Source: Lama guanicoe
Lineage: Eukaryota
Assembly (NCBI GenBank): GCA_013239625.1
Contig: MU053513.1
Location: 1,166,927 to 1,230,926 of the forward strand
Reading direction: 5' to 3'
DNA length: 64,000 bases
The position numbers were made by a program, and so were the translations under genes. Within the stretch, counting starts at the first letter, position 1. Each line of letters begins with the position of its first letter. Positions 36,031 through 50,778 of the stretch are shown here, piece by piece. The notes beneath the pieces were generated by a model that worked only from the letters and a program-made list of their open reading frames with translations, ran no database searches and had not been told where the DNA came from.

Positions 36031-39000
36031 AGTCAGGCTCTTTGTCGGGTCTCTTTGAGTTTTCTTCCCCGATTTAGAAAAATAAGCACTTCAGGAAATG
36101 GAGAATAATCTTGGATTGGTTTACACTTTCCTCATTCCTGCCTTTCACTGTAGTCTTAAATATCACACCAACTTGGCAAAAATCCTTAGATTAATATAAC
36201 CCCTGACACTGGCTGGGAATGAAGTGCTCTCCTTCCCCGCTTCACTCCCATTTCTCCCACCTTCATTAATCTGGAAGGGTCTGGACTACCCTCCCAAAGA
36301 ACAGCTACACTGACATATTTAACCTGTCCAATTTGTGGTCTCCTCCATGTGTTTGAATTTGGTAGATTTCTATGTTAATTTTCTCACATCAGAAGTAGCT
36401 CCAATTTTAGGTTCCCAGACTCAGGATTCTAATCCAAAATGTCAAAACAGCTTGAGTTTATCTCAATTGCAACAGCATCCTTGACCTAATCTGTTAAATA
36501 ATTATTATTCTTTACTTCTCACTTATTTTATCAATATGCAAGACTCCAGAATTATAAATAAAAAGCACATTTAAAATGTATTTGCTGCCTTCATGTCCAC
36601 TTTTAAGGTTTCCCATGTTGACTTCTAAAGTGCTCAGTACAATATTCTTCACCGAGCAAGTTCTGTAATGCATGGATGATTAAGAGATATCAAAAAAGTA
36701 CACACCAACAAGATTGAGTTTTATAAGTGATTGGTTTTATTAGTGATTAATGTATTTGAATACTGTATAAAGGGTAAGACTTTCGGGACCCTGGTTTTTT
36801 TAAAACATCATAGTCAATATCTCAAAAATATCAACCACTTTGATTCTAGAAATATATTACTAAAACATTCAAGAGATGAATGGCCAATGATTAAAACCCC
36901 TTAGCAAAAGATTTTCCATAATGGGTTTTATTTTGCCAATTCCAGGATGAGGTTGGGGAAGAGGGAGAGGAAATCCTCTATTTGCCAAAGGCATTTATAA
37001 AATCAGTTGCTTTACAGGCTAATGATAAAAACTATAATAGCAAAGCAGATCTCCTTGGAGTATTACTTGAAGGATAAATAAGCTATAGAGTAAAAAAAAC
37101 ATATTTAGCCACAGAATTCACCTTTTTTTTTCTTCCAGCAGCATACATAATCTGAAAATTGAACCAAGATTAAAGAAAGGCATTTTAGCAAAAAAGAAGG
37201 AGAAAAAAGAGGAAAGACACAGAGAAAGAACAACAAAGCATTTCTGGTTTTCTTCCTAAAAGAGAGGAGGAGGCAAGAAACACCGACAAAGAGGGTGGAA
37301 ACCTGGAAATCAGTAACGGACAGACCAAGGTCACTGGGTGGGAAAACTTTTCTCCATCTTCAGCTGTCGCTGGAGAAATGAACCCCCTTCTGATTGGAAA
37401 CTCTTAGTGCCGTGGCCTCACCCATCAACATGACGATGACACTGCATTCATTCCTTTCTCTTTCTGCTTCAACTTCGTGAAGAAGAGTCAAAAGAAATGA
37501 GAAAAAGCGGCACCCGTTTCTAGAAAAGAGTGCAGATATTTATTTGTTAACTGCACAAATCAGATTTATTTATTTATTCCTTCAAAAACTTCAACTGGTG
37601 TAATAGTCTGAAATCAGCCATTCTGCTTCACCAAGTGGTTGGCAATAACAAGTCACCGAAACTATGACATTATAGTTGAGATGAAGATTTTATTTTGGCT
37701 GGTCTAGATTATTTTCACTTGCGTCTGACATCCTATTAATCATCAATTTGCAATATTTCCATATCCTAAAAGAAATCAAACAGGCAATGAAGAGAAGCCA
37801 ACTAGTTAGTCTGAAAGAAACATACCCAAATTACTTTCGCCACTTTGTTTGATTTTCTATTTTATGGATAAATAAATAAATATCACTTAATACACTGCCT
37901 TTCCACTGGGTTACCTTTGAGAACAACTAATCCTGGGAAACTGATTTCATGGACTAATTGTACATATTTCTCACTACTAGCTAATCCTGGGATTTGCTTC
38001 ATTTGCTGCAGGAAGAGCAATTGAAAGAATTGAGAATAGCTAAGAGAGGACCATGGACAGTACAAATTTGGTATTAGATAATGGTTTTCTCCAGGCCAGG
38101 AGAAATTTCCTAAATCCATGTCAGAGAACTGTAGTTTTCCTTCACAACTAGTTTCCATTTAACACCTTCTCACTGAGTTAACAACTGTCTCGGACATTCA
38201 AGGAGGAAATCACATCAAACACATCTTCGGAATGTGAGAACAAGAAAGAGATTTCTCTTAAGGAACGAATGACGAAACACTGGAAAATGAAGCAAAAATT
38301 GAAGTGTTACTTCATCTTGTCCCCTCAGTAACTTTATTTGAGCCTTCCTGTTTATCTTCCTTTTTGATGAATGTGAATGTTCAGGGGTCAGTAAGCCATC
38401 TTGATTTAGTCTCTCAAAGATCAAGTATACATAATAGTATTGATGATTCTTGGAATTTTTTGTTATTTTATGGCTTTCAGACCTATAGTTTTCCCTTAGC
38501 ATCTAAAATAGTAGTACTCAGAAAAAAGGTCACAAATTATAGCTAAGAGCAACAGGAAACTGCTCTGTCTATCAAGAATTTCACTCCCCAAAATGATGTT
38601 AAGGGATTGCAGCAAGTACGCCAAGCAAGAAGTTTTCACTCCAGCTAAGACATTTTTCAAACCATTAAACAAATTAAACAGGTTTTTATCCTCTTGTGAA
38701 TTTAAACACGCCCTGGTAAAGACTTAGAATCAGTTTCTCAAATGTAATTTGACCAAGGAAGTCTTCGTTTAAACAACATCAATTAACAGTTAATCTTTGA
38801 TGCCTTACCCTTTTGAACACGCTAGTATATGAATATAGAAACCCTGAAGGCACAGGGCACCAAAGTCAAAAAGAAACCATGAATGTTGCACCATAGCCTT
38901 TCCTAGTGCACGAGAAAGTTTCCAGATCTTTAGCACTGAGTGATTCCTTCAATGGCATCTTATGCTTCTGCCCCCAAATGCTGACCTAATCAATTCTTTG

Positions 39001-39239
39001 TGATTTTCCTTTAGGTAACCTTCATCTGCACCGGTGAAAGAAAGTGGTGCAAATAATTTTTAAAACTGGGGCCTTGCAAGCTCCCAGCATCACACTTGTC
39101 TGTCCTAGTTTAGTAATTCCAAAAGTAAAATCATTTAACATTCCCATGACAAAAATTAAACATAGATGAGATTGGCTATCTTAGATTTTCTCTTGTTCTG
39201 CTAACCACCACTTTATCAATGCAATTTTTCTAACAGTTT

Positions 39240-39283
39240 TTTGTTTTTGGTTTTGGTTTTGGTTTTGGTTTTGGTTTTGGTTT
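39240..39283. repeat. (GGTTTT)n microsatellite
   Basis: ttttggttttggttttggttttggttttggttttggttt. Confidence 0.9.
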
Positions 39284-42200
39284 CTTGCAGAGGGGTAGGG
39301 GATTACTAACATAATTCTCTACACTATTACCTTTAATGGTAGTGTTATGATGTGATGTGATGAATGCACAAAGCCTTTTAGAAATCTACAAATTGCATTT
39401 TCTTAACTTCAGTTTCACTGAAAATAGTGACAATAATACATGTCTCATGGAGTTTTCTTGAAGATTAAGAAATGTGCATCAAGTACAATGACTCAAAAAA
39501 GTATGCCCCACCACTCTGCTCCCGACGCACACACGTTATTCCCCCTTTCCCAGCTGTCCTCTTGAAATTGGTGCAGAAGTATATGGACATTAGTAATGTC
39601 AAGGGACTTTATTGCCCCTCAAATTTCTAAGAACCAATTATCAACCAGAAATGAATATTTCTTTTTAAAAAGATACATTCTGTACATAAATTAAAAGAAT
39701 TTATTCTACTTTTAAGAAGAATAAGTAATATTCATGTATTATATATACTTAACAATGCAGATTAAAAGTGGCCATGTGTATTTCTAGGAAAAAAACAAAA
39801 AAAGTAATGAGTAGTATTAAGAGTATATATGCTAAACAGAGAAACTTTTAATTACTTTTAGATAACATCAGACTAATGGAATTTTTATGGATGGTTCCAA
39901 TGTCCAGTCCTATTAATTAGGTAATTCATGTTCCTCTTTAATTTTACCACCACGTTCAAAGTTATTTTTCACAGCAGCTGTGTGACCTTGATCTTAAAAG
40001 ACTGGTGTTTTTAATCATTTCTCTGTGTTTTTAAACAAATAGTGTAAAAGTCTTCCCAAGTTTTCCCAAGAAATAAATTTTTGCCTATTTAAAGTGACAT
40101 CATAGTATAGTGGAATAATAATACCAAGTAAGGATCAAATTAGATCACTGAGAAGCTTATGAATCCAAAATTCCAGGCAAGAGAATCTGATTTTCCCAAC
40201 TTGACAAAGAGGCCTGCTTGTCATCGAATTCCGTTAGTTTACCAGAGTTATTGGTAAACACCTCTGAAAATGACAGGAGACTCAGTAATCTCAGAGAAGG
40301 GAGTGTAGTGTATAGAATTGCCCATACTTTCCAGAAAGGATTCACTACAGACAAGATAATAAAGAGCTTTGTTTGTCACGCTAAGTAATTTGGACCAAAT
40401 TTGAAGACAATGAAAAATGGAAATAATTTGCAAGCAGGTAGGTAAAATAGTCATAATTCTTCTTTAGGAAGAAAATTCCACATTCTAATGGTCAAAGTGG
40501 TGATTCTTGGGGAAACAAAGTAATTAAAAAAATTAATTAAAAAAAAAAGAAAGAAAGAAAACCCCAGCTAGGCAGCTATAGATGAGGTAAAACATGATAC
40601 TTGACTTGCCATGGTGATTGCAATGGGGAGAAAAATTTAAAAGCTTTTATGTTGGGACTAAACAGCCATCTACCCTCTCTCAATCAACAGCACAAAGAAT
40701 GACTTGTATCCATAAAGAAATGTGTCATTAGGCAAGTGAAGGTTGAACTACACAGGCTCAGATGATATTAATAGTTACAAATTTAATAATGACACTTACC
40801 TACTTGCAAAATTTACTCAAAATTACAACTGAAATGTTGAATTTCATGGGGTGGTCATAATCTTGTAATGAATTACTGGCAATGCTTATGAGAGCTGAAA
40901 TACTTCCTTGAGCAGTGTTGTAATGTGATGGTAGATCATCGTCCATTCTTGAAATCTGCAGAAGTTTTTCTTCAGAGGCTAGAGACATTAAAATCATTCT
41001 CTTCCCCTCCGTGCTTACTCTGCACAAATCAAAATTCTGGCAAGTTTCTAAACACATACAGGTGAACGACAGCAATGCCAGCCCATAAGCTAAGTGGTTC
41101 GTGCTGCTTCATTAAGTCAGAATGAATTACCGTCTCAATTTTAAATGGAATCTCAACCCGTGACAGATTCTCTTGACATGTAAAGCCAAACTGGTCCAAA
41201 ATATATATTTATATTTTAGTTGGTCATAAACTACAATGGGCTTAAACCAGTAGAGGATCAACAATTTATCATCAAAGGCATGGAGGATGGGGTAGCACAT
41301 TTAGAAAAAGCCAGTTGATAACTTTATTTTGGCACAAAACCACAGCCACCACACAAATCCACACTCCTTTCACCTCAAGGGCTTGGCACATGGGGTTCTT
41401 CTTGGAAGACTCTTCCCGATCTTCATAAGTTTCTGATTAGTGCAGTTAATAAGGGTTGGGAGGTGTGTACCACAAACCAAACAGAGGGTAAGATCGACAG
41501 CAGCCAGAGCTAAATCTTCTGGAGAATTCGACCTCATGGGAAATGCCGTTATTTCTTAAGCCATCGCTAAAAGCATCACTACAGGACAATTTTAATATCT
41601 GCCTAACCACAATTTGGAAAGCAAATAGCTATATAGTGCTTCTAATTTTAGCTTCTTTAATTCTTGGGACATTTTTAAGCCCTTTGTTTTGCATTTTCTT
41701 TTGAGCATTGCTCTGAGGAAATCACTAATCTTATAAAACCCAAATCATAAAGTGATGACAAATGTCACAATCGTCAGGAAATTATGTCCAGTTGCTGTTT
41801 TCCATTCTTTTAATAGTTCAAGTTTTATGAATTAGTGTATTTGGCACTGAGACTTGAGAATAACTATTTAAAGAAGTGGCTACTTAAAATGTTTTTATCT
41901 GTGCTTACGTTTGATACAGTTTGTAAGTTTCCCCGTAGCCAACGATACATTATTCCTAAGAGGGAGAACTTTCATAGGTGGAGCTGTGTCTTAAAAGAGC
42001 ACAGCCTGGGCTTTGGCGTCTGTGGCTTTTTTTCCCTTTACCATAGAAATACTGCTAATTTGAATGTTTATAAAAGTCCTCGTATTTCAGTGCCTTTAGG
42101 ATGTCATTTTGTGTCCAAGTATTTTTATTTAGTTTTGGTCCATTTTATTGTCTACTGTTATTCTCATTGTTTTTAATAAAATCCACTATAATAATTGACT

Positions 42201-43404
42201 TGTCCCAAAAGTATTTGTATTATATTTTATTTGGAAACTGAAAAAGTTTCAGTGCCCCTCTGAAAAGCCAAAAACTGACTAAAGATTTATTTTACCGGAG
42301 CAGGAAATTATTTTACGATCAGCTGGATTCAAACAGGAGTGGAAAATGCAAGGATCAAAGAAGATTATAAACATTCAAAGTGTGGGGAAGAAAATGTAAA
42401 ATTTATCCAAATAGCCTTGTAAAAGGCTTTTGGTTAGGATTATAAAATGAGAGCAATATTTTCAGACTACTGTGGGAGTTCTGCCTGCCTACAGCATTAC
42501 ACAAAAATCCTTTTGACACCAAGCAGAAATGTACAACCAGCTAAACCATGGCCTCACTTACGTCTGCTTTGTCTTTTCTGTATGATTATTTACGTCAATC
42601 TGTATCAGCCCGTGTTCTTCCAGCCCCTTTCTGTATAGATTTTTGATTACATAAAAGCCTTCAAACTACTTTTTCAGAATTGTGTATCATATCTTCATCA
42701 TACTACTTTCCGTTGATATTTCTGCAGGGCAGAAAGACAGCTCTACCACAAATTGTTTGCAGTGACTCCCTATAGAAGCTTTAAACAGAATATTTGGTAT
42801 ATAAGAACTGACATCTCAAGATTACTAAAATTTGAATTTAGCCAAGCTTTGGGTTTACTTCATATGCCGTCATGTTTCGGTTCAAAATGAAGACACTGTT
42901 GTCACTTGGAGAAAAAGGAAAGAAACGTAGTTTAGTCTCGCTCTAGTGCTGCTATTACTACGTTGGTTTGTCTAACAGTTTGATAAAATTCAATGGCGAG
43001 GAGTATATCAAGGTATCACGATATTCTATTATAAGGAAACTGAAAATGCAAAGGCAAAAATATATTTCAGGCACTCTCATTTATTAGAAAAGCAACTGGG
43101 CAACTCTTGGGCATCGTACAGAAATGCCCCACTCCCTACACTTTTAAGAACCAAGGTTTTCACTTTTTATTCCATAGTGTCTTTTTGTCATCTAAAGTTT
43201 CTGTAATTGCAGAAAGCATGTGGAATATACATGACCTTCATTCTACCTTATCTTTGTACATTGTGAGACACTTAGAGGAATGAGACCTAAATATTTTCAT
43301 CCCATGATGTTTATAATTTTTTTCTTAAGTTTTAAACCTGGTTCCATTTTGAATGCTGTTAGGAAGCAAGGATGGAAAAAAAGTTACCTAAAGTGGAAAT
43401 CAGC

Positions 43405-43776
43405 TGTGCTGTCCAGCAGTTATTTTCAGTTCTCCTCCTGGGCACATCATAGTCTTGCACTTACCTGCCCCGTGTGAAGTTAGTAGGGCCGTATCACCTG
43501 CACTGGCCAGAGACGTTTGAGCAAAGGTAATATGCATCACCTCCAGGGGAATGCTCTAAGCCAGTGAGTGACCACTGTACTGTTCCTGCCCTTTGGCACG
43601 GCAAACAGCAACACGTAAGATGGTGGCCACATTGTCAGCTGAGGTCTCTGAGTGGTTGTAATGAGCAAAGCTCCCCTTCTGAGTGGACAGAAGCCATCAG
43701 TGAGACACAAATCTTTCTGGGTTCATGGCCCTGAGATTTGGAGGTTGTTTGTTAGCGAAGACATATCTGGGTCACT
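43405..43776 (+). mobile_element. MaLR LTR (MLT1I/J-like)
   Basis: cttgcacttacctgccccgtgtgaagttag...ctggcca...gagcaaagctcccc...ctgagatttggaggttgtttgtta. Confidence 0.65.
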
Positions 43777-43999
43777 GTGGGAAATGATCAGATTCCCATC
43801 GGAATTATGACCTACCTACGTAAGGTGAGGCACAGGAGAAAGTAAGCAAGCAGGTGTCACAGAAGAGGGGGCAGGAGAGGGACTGCACAAGGTATTAATG
43901 CAAAATACGCTGAAATTCTGCCCGTCTCAGAGCAGACAAGAACGGCAGTTTAGGTTCAAAAGTTCCAAGTTTTTTATGACCTTCCTTAAAATAACCACT

Positions 44000-46900
44000 C
44001 TTGATAAACATTGGTCCAAGTTTATTTTTGAAAAATCATCTCATGTTTTAAACTAGTTCAAGCACTAAAATTACATGAGTTGCACACTGATGCAAGCAAC
44101 AAAATATACACATCACTATTTACTCTTATACAATCCAACAAGCACGAAGAGCACAAAATATACTCATTCAGGTAACACATTTCATCGGCTGTTAAATATC
44201 AAGATGTCAACAGCAAGTTGAAGTCCAACGCTATTTACCAGATGGTAAAATATTTTTTGACTCTCAGACAAAGAAGTAAGAAAATATATACTCTCATCCT
44301 TTATATTCCGACCTTAGACAATTAATTTGGAGCAATGATGGTGATACAGGTGATGTTAAAGTGAGTTTCACAAAAAAGTTCACTTTATGTATTTAACAAA
44401 TGATCTTCTCTGGATTCTAAACTCAGGCACAGAACTAAAGCAGGTTTTTTTTTCCAAGACTGAAAATGAGCGAACAAGACCATTTGTTATACAAGACAGA
44501 TACATCTCTATATATGTGTGCGTGTGTGTGTAACTTTGAAGTATTTTCCACTACAGCAATACAGATAATCAGAAGCGACTTTCTGCTTTCAAAAAAAAAA
44601 TGTTCTAAGAATGTATTTCTATCACTTAGTTAAATCCATCAGTAAAAAGTCTGATATTTTGGGATACATCTGCAGCTAATTATGAATCAGTATTACCTGT
44701 CTCTATATTCATAACATTAAAGACCCATGTGCTATTGGTTTTTTGGTCCCATTTATTTTAATGTTCGCTAACATCATTTAAAAATTGGCATTTTCAAGTA
44801 TTTAGCCTAGAGTAACATAATTCTCCAGAAACAATGTGATCAAATTGTGTGCGAAGTTGCCTAGATACTACTTTATCCAACGAGAAGGGAAATTCAGTTA
44901 CTCTGATTTTCTAATGATACATTTGAAAACTGAGCATAAATCTTCAAAATTGGTAGACTTGCTAAACACTATTTGTACTATTTATTTCCAGTAATTTGAA
45001 CAAATGTGCTTTCACTCTGAACATTTATATGAAAATTATTGGTGGATGTTCCACTTTGTTATTCATTATACACTGAGTGGCCAAACTACACTAAAATGCA
45101 TATAGTAACAGAAACACAATTCTGCAGTCAGCTATGCATATTGTTGGGTTCACTTTGTTTCATCTTCCTGGGGCAAAAAGCCTAAAACAATGTAAACACA
45201 CATTCTTTAACAAATTTTTTTTTACCAATTTTCAGTGTCTTCTTCTTGGGATTCACATCATCATAAAACCAGTTTAGTTGCCCTAAACCTTTGCTCAGAG
45301 AATGTACATAACCCTTCCAGGATACACAGAGACTCACCACCCTGCCATTCCCCCAGATCTTGCATGCTAAGATCATACATTCCCACACATGGTCGTGTCA
45401 CAAGATCTCAACACAGATACACAGTCCCAGGGTGACATCATGGCAACAGAGCAACAATTCTGTCATTTGATTAGAAGCCTCAAGAAGAAGAGGTCTAAAA
45501 CCCTGGATGAGGGTTTCTCCTCCATGGCTCTCCCTGATCAGGACCCACGGGAGTGTTTGCATCCTATCCGGTGATGGGAGAAAGAACGGAGCTTCGGTTC
45601 TTTGTGCCTCAGTTTATACAACGCCAACACTCTCTCAAGCAACTATGGGAAATAAATATCTCCTCTAAACCACCTAAAAGTTCTTTTAGACTTTAAGTGT
45701 TTCTAAAACACATGAGAACCTTTATGTAATATAACAGCAATCACAAATTGCAGTGGCTTTTTTAAAAGCATATACACTGGTAATATACATGTACCTCAAA
45801 ATAACCCAATATGTGATTGTCAGTTTAAATTAAAAATGTACAAAAACTTTTTTGCACATCCATGCTCATTTTGCACCAAGAAATTCTTGCCAGTGATTCA
45901 ATTTTGCAACTATCGAGCATCTACTATGTGCTCTATACATAAGAATGGTCTAAATGTGTGTGATTAATCATTCACCGGTCATACACAAAGAATATCCCAT
46001 GCCAGTGTGTGGATATGTCTGTTGCCCTACTTTAAATTCACTAGAAAATAATAGTTGTCTTTAAATCTTCAGTGAGGCTATTTGCTGAGTTTTTTTTCAT
46101 TTATTCCTAAGAATTTATCAAAATTCACCAAAGTTAACAATGACATCCAATGTAAATTACCAGTCAAAAGCAAAAATTTGTGAAAATACTAATTTAAGCC
46201 TAATTGAACTGCACAGATTTCCTAGAGGATCTACCATCAGTCTCCAGGGTAAGAGTAATTCTTAAAGACACCAGTTAACAAAGGCAAAGAACTCTTTTTT
46301 ACAGAAATGCAATTTCACTACTATAAGGCAGAACTAGCTACCCTATGCTCTGATAGACTCAGGACATTTGGGATGATTATGAAAACTCTTTGGGTTAAAT
46401 TATACAAACAAGCAAAGAAAACGTTTACAGTAGTATGGGGAAATGGGGAGAGAATTGTATCCCTTGCTCTCTTGGTTCCCCATTATCAGGGTCTCCAAAT
46501 GCCTGGCTAATTGCCAGCCCTCCCCTTGACACTGGTAGTCTAGGCTCTTTAGAAGATGCCATCTTACAGATTTAATGAGACCTCTTTCAACTGAAATTTC
46601 TCATATACTGTGTATGTGTGTGTGTGTGTAAATGGAAAGCAGAAAGACACTAGCTGCATGGTAGTCTTTGAATGTCATACTCTAGAGGTTGTGTTTCTTT
46701 TGCTGTCTGACACAGAAACAACAGCTTAAGGTACAGCGCCTTTGCCAACATTCTACGCACCTGTCACTTGGGACATAAGTCCTGCTTGTTTGCATCATCT
46801 ACAGCAGAGCTTCTCAGGAACCGTCATGTAATGCAAGTCACCTATGCATGTGCTGACAGATCCTTTGTTTCTCTAAAAATTATTGACTATGCACTAGAAT

Positions 46901-47444
46901 TTTCAGAGGCAAGGGTGGTGACTAGGAAACTGCACAAATCTATGACAAAAAGAATATCTTCAAACAGCAATTGACCTTCATAATAATAAGTGAAGGCAGT
47001 CAGATCTGTCAAATATGACAAGAATGGGCTCATTCTAACCAGGCTTCCAAGGTCAGGCAAGCTGACAGCCACACCTCACGTATATTGAGGTCATTGTAAG
47101 AAGCCACAGTGAATCCCTGTGATGTGACTTGGCAAACAGGCCATGTACATGCTACAGGGTTCCACAGAGTCACTCACTCCAAAAGTATCAACACCACAGA
47201 TAAGCCCAATATTGCTTTCAGTTTGACTCCCATGGCGTTATTTCATCACGTTTACAGTTGACAAAAACATGGAAAGATGTGCAACTATACAGTTAATTGA
47301 ACAAATGTCAAAAGCCAAATCTGACAAACGTGCCCCCCAACTGCCTGTTCAGGGCTGATTTTTCCAGTTGGGCTTTACATATTTATATAATGAACTGAGA
47401 TACTGCCAAAACTGTTTCTAATTCCGTCCTAGATCCATGCTGAC
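44000..47444 (-). other. PTGFR: PTGFR 3'UTR (~3.4 kb; distal end inferred)
   Basis: Repeat-poor AU-rich sequence following the stop codon and ending at an AATAAA just before the MLT1. Confidence 0.55.
44021..44026 (-). terminator. Candidate PTGFR polyadenylation signal AATAAA
   Basis: Minus strand caaaAATAAActtggaccaatgtttatcaagagtggttatttt with a GU/U-rich downstream element. Confidence 0.5.
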
Positions 47445-47747
47445 TTACTGTCCCGCTGAACCGGGCACTTGCTGAGCTCCTTTCTCTGCGATGGGAGACT
47501 CAGAAACAGCAGCAACCTTCAGGGAATTTTTAATGGAGCTAAGCTCCCAAACATGCAGGCTGATGACGTTCACCCCACAGCAGCGCCTGGCGAGCTTGTA
47601 GAGGTTCTTGAGGACAGCCTTCCGCAGAAGAATATACACCCAGGGATCTAAGATTTGATTCCACGTCGCCATTCGAAGAGTAAAAAGGATTGCTTCACAG
47701 GCCTGCTGAAAACCATTTCCGTTTATTCCAATGTTGGCCATTGTCAT
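47445..47747 (-). CDS. PTGFR: Prostaglandin F2-alpha receptor last coding exon (end of TM6, ECL3, TM7, C-tail; 100 aa plus stop)
   Basis: Acceptor ttttgtttgttttgcag|; [52 protein letters not shown] is the FP-receptor TM7/C-tail; TAA stop at 47445-47447. Confidence 0.96.
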   Translation of the reverse strand: MTMANIGINGNGFQQACEAILFTLRMATWNQILDPWVYILLRKAVLKNLYKLARRCCGVNVISLHVWELSSIKNSLKVAAVSESPIAEKGAQQVPGSAGQ

Positions 47748-48829
47748 CTGCAAAACAAACAAAATAGGGAATTTGGTTGGTTGATAGACATTTTCTCAGT
47801 CCTACAGTGTTTTTACCTAAACTAGTTATGCTACGTGGTAGTCACTTCACTTTCTACAAAGTGAGGTTCTCTTGCAGAGCACTGACAAAAAGACACCAAC
47901 AGTAGCAGAAACATGGATGTAGACACCTGAATCCTTCGCATTCAAATTGACATCAGAACTCCAAAGACGATAATTTATTTGGTAAGTCAGATGTGCACAA
48001 ATAGAATGACCCAAGAGAGAACAAGCACTGATCCTAGTAACTGATCTTTTCTTCACTTCCGGGGATAGTACGTTCAAAGCCAACACATATTTGTATATTT
48101 CAATGAAAAAAACTAAAGTTTACTTATGTAAATAAATTAAAGTATAGATAAGCTAAACTATAGATGAGAGGTTTTAAAAATTAATTTAGAGCATCTGATA
48201 TTAATTTGCACATTGTATGTTATATTGTTCTGGAATGTCACTTTTAGAATTTTCTGCTTGGCAAGTACAATGATACCGATATCTTCTCTTTCATATATCC
48301 TTTTCTTCATCTCTTACCTTAGCCTTAATTTGGCTCAAATATTCCAAAAGTGCAATGGAATTTCCTATGAGCTTTGAGGAAATGAGTTCCCCACCCCGCT
48401 TCATTACCTTTGAGATGTAACAATAACAATGTACATTTGGGTCTCTTGGGTCCATTTCCTGACCACTCATGATGTTAAAGACCATTTTGTAGAAATAAGT
48501 TCCATACGTGGTCCCAGCTATATGCTAGAAATAGTCTAATCACTGAGCCCAGCTCTAACTTTTAACTAAACAGTTGCAAAACAGACAAACAAGACATCTT
48601 TGAAAACACCTTGGATATAAAACCAAAGAACCAATAAACAAACAAAAGGTAAAACTGAAAAATTAAGAGAGACAGACTATTATGCCACCAGAATTAAGAG
48701 AAGATGTAACAAATTCTAAAACCCAAATGAAAAGAAAATCAAGTACTCCTTGGTCTTCTTAATAGACCATCATCTAAAGGAAATGTCTTAATCTGATCTG
48801 GTGATACTAATGGCTGAAGGAAAAATATT

Positions 48830-49280
48830 CTTTACCAAAACCTTCATTATCTACACCACAAAGTACAAACTCCTGACTTGGCTCCTTGATGATGCATCTA
48901 AAGTTCACCTCTACAACTTCATGTCCCCTCCAAGTACCCTCTGCTTCAACCATTGTGAGGCCTCACCTGTCCCAGGTACACCATGCCCTTCTGAGCTTTG
49001 GCTTGTTTGACTCTCTTTGTTTTGAACTTCTACTCTCCTTTTCTCTGCCTGACGAACTCCTATCCATCCTTCAAATCCCATGAAAAATGGGCTCACCTCC
49101 AGGAAACTTTCCCCAACTTTACTGAAATGAATCAGCAAGTTGTTCACTTAGCACACTGCATGATAAGTATATATTTACCTGTGTGTGTGTGTATATATAT
49201 ATATCCCTCCCTTTCTTTTTATTTCTAATATCCAGTAGAAAGCTGATACCTAAGATGTTCTCAATAATTACAAAAATGAA
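48830..49280 (+). mobile_element. L2 fragment
   Basis: aaagtacaaactcctgacttggc...gaactcctatccatccttcaaatcc...gttctcaataatt. Confidence 0.6.
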
Positions 49281-50778
49281 CAAAGCTGTAATTTTTTTAA
49301 TTTCTTGAGGCTATTTTGAGACACACACAACTAGTCATCAGAGAATCATCTGATCATCAATCACAGTGGTCTAATATTTTGAGGCTTAGAATATCTCTAA
49401 AAGTTTTAACCCAACAGCATCCACTAGTGAAGGATTTCAGGGTGGTCTGTTGCCACTAAAAGGAACAAGATCTTGAGTCCATGCAGATCCTTTGGGAAAC
49501 GGTTCTTTCCTTTACAGTTCATTGCCTAGTGGAACAATGTATCAAACTGCGGGCCTAAAGATTCTCTAGCTGAATAAAGCCAACAAGTTTCAACACAGAG
49601 AATACTAGTCCCCACACAATAGTACCTGGGTCAGGGACAGACTCCTATCACTGCGCCTCAAGTTGGCCAACAGGACTGAAGAAGTAAGCCTAGTTGAGCC
49701 TTGTTTCTCTTAGAAGCAAGCAGGGCCAAGACTCAGTTGACTGTTAGATTAAGATATTTTAACTTTATGCTTTTTGTTTACTCATTAAATATCTATTGAT
49801 TATCTGCTATGTGCCAGGCAACGTGCTAGGCACTGAGGACACAACGGCAAACAAAGCAGACATTGCCTATCCTCGTGGAACTTATAATCAATCTGCTGAG
49901 CTTTTGCGGGGATTTTTGGTTCAAGGATGAAGGAATGAATCTTTTTCTTGCCTCATGAATATTAAGTGAATGCATTTCCCATTAACGACTAGGAGTGTTC
50001 CTGGAGATCTGAAAGTCCATCCAACACACTGCTTTGTGTAGTTGGGAACAAAGATGCTCGGTGTAACTGCATGGAACAGCTGGGCCAAGTTTAGAAACAT
50101 GCAAATTTAAAACGTCTGAGTTACATGGCACGTACTTCTCCGACCCTCCTCCCTCCCTTGCAGGCAGCAGTGTTGTCACCAGCCGTGAATAAACATTGAG
50201 TCCTCTGCTGAGGGCAGCCAGCCATTGAGTGCTCTGCTGAGGCTTCTCTCCAGAACACCAGGGCAGTGCCCAGGACTCACCCGCAGCCCCGGCCTGGAAG
50301 AGAGGTTGCTCTGGGGTCCAGCTTGGGAGAAGCACCAACCACTTAGCCACCAATAAAGATGTGGATGGAATATTTACATAAAACAAAGATCATTAGTGTA
50401 TCATTGATAACAGAATATGACTGAAAGTTCAGGAAGACCCAAGTATCCAACAATAGATAAATTATGGTAATTTCATGTAATGGAAAAAATATGTAAGTAT
50501 TAACGTGTATGATTCAGTGTTAATTGTTAAAAAGCAAGTTACCAAACTGAATTGACTGTGTGATCCCAATTTTGAAAAAAATCCAAATACGTGATTCATA
50601 ATGCATAGGAAAAAAGGGGGGATGTATTTCACTGTTTTCATTAGTTAACTCTAGATAGTAGAACTACAGAGGATTTTTATTTTCTCCTTTGTTTGTCTCT
50701 AATTTACTAATGTGTTAGGTAGATCATGCATTGCTTCTGTAATCTGTACTTTTTTCCCAAGTAATCTGTTGAAATACA

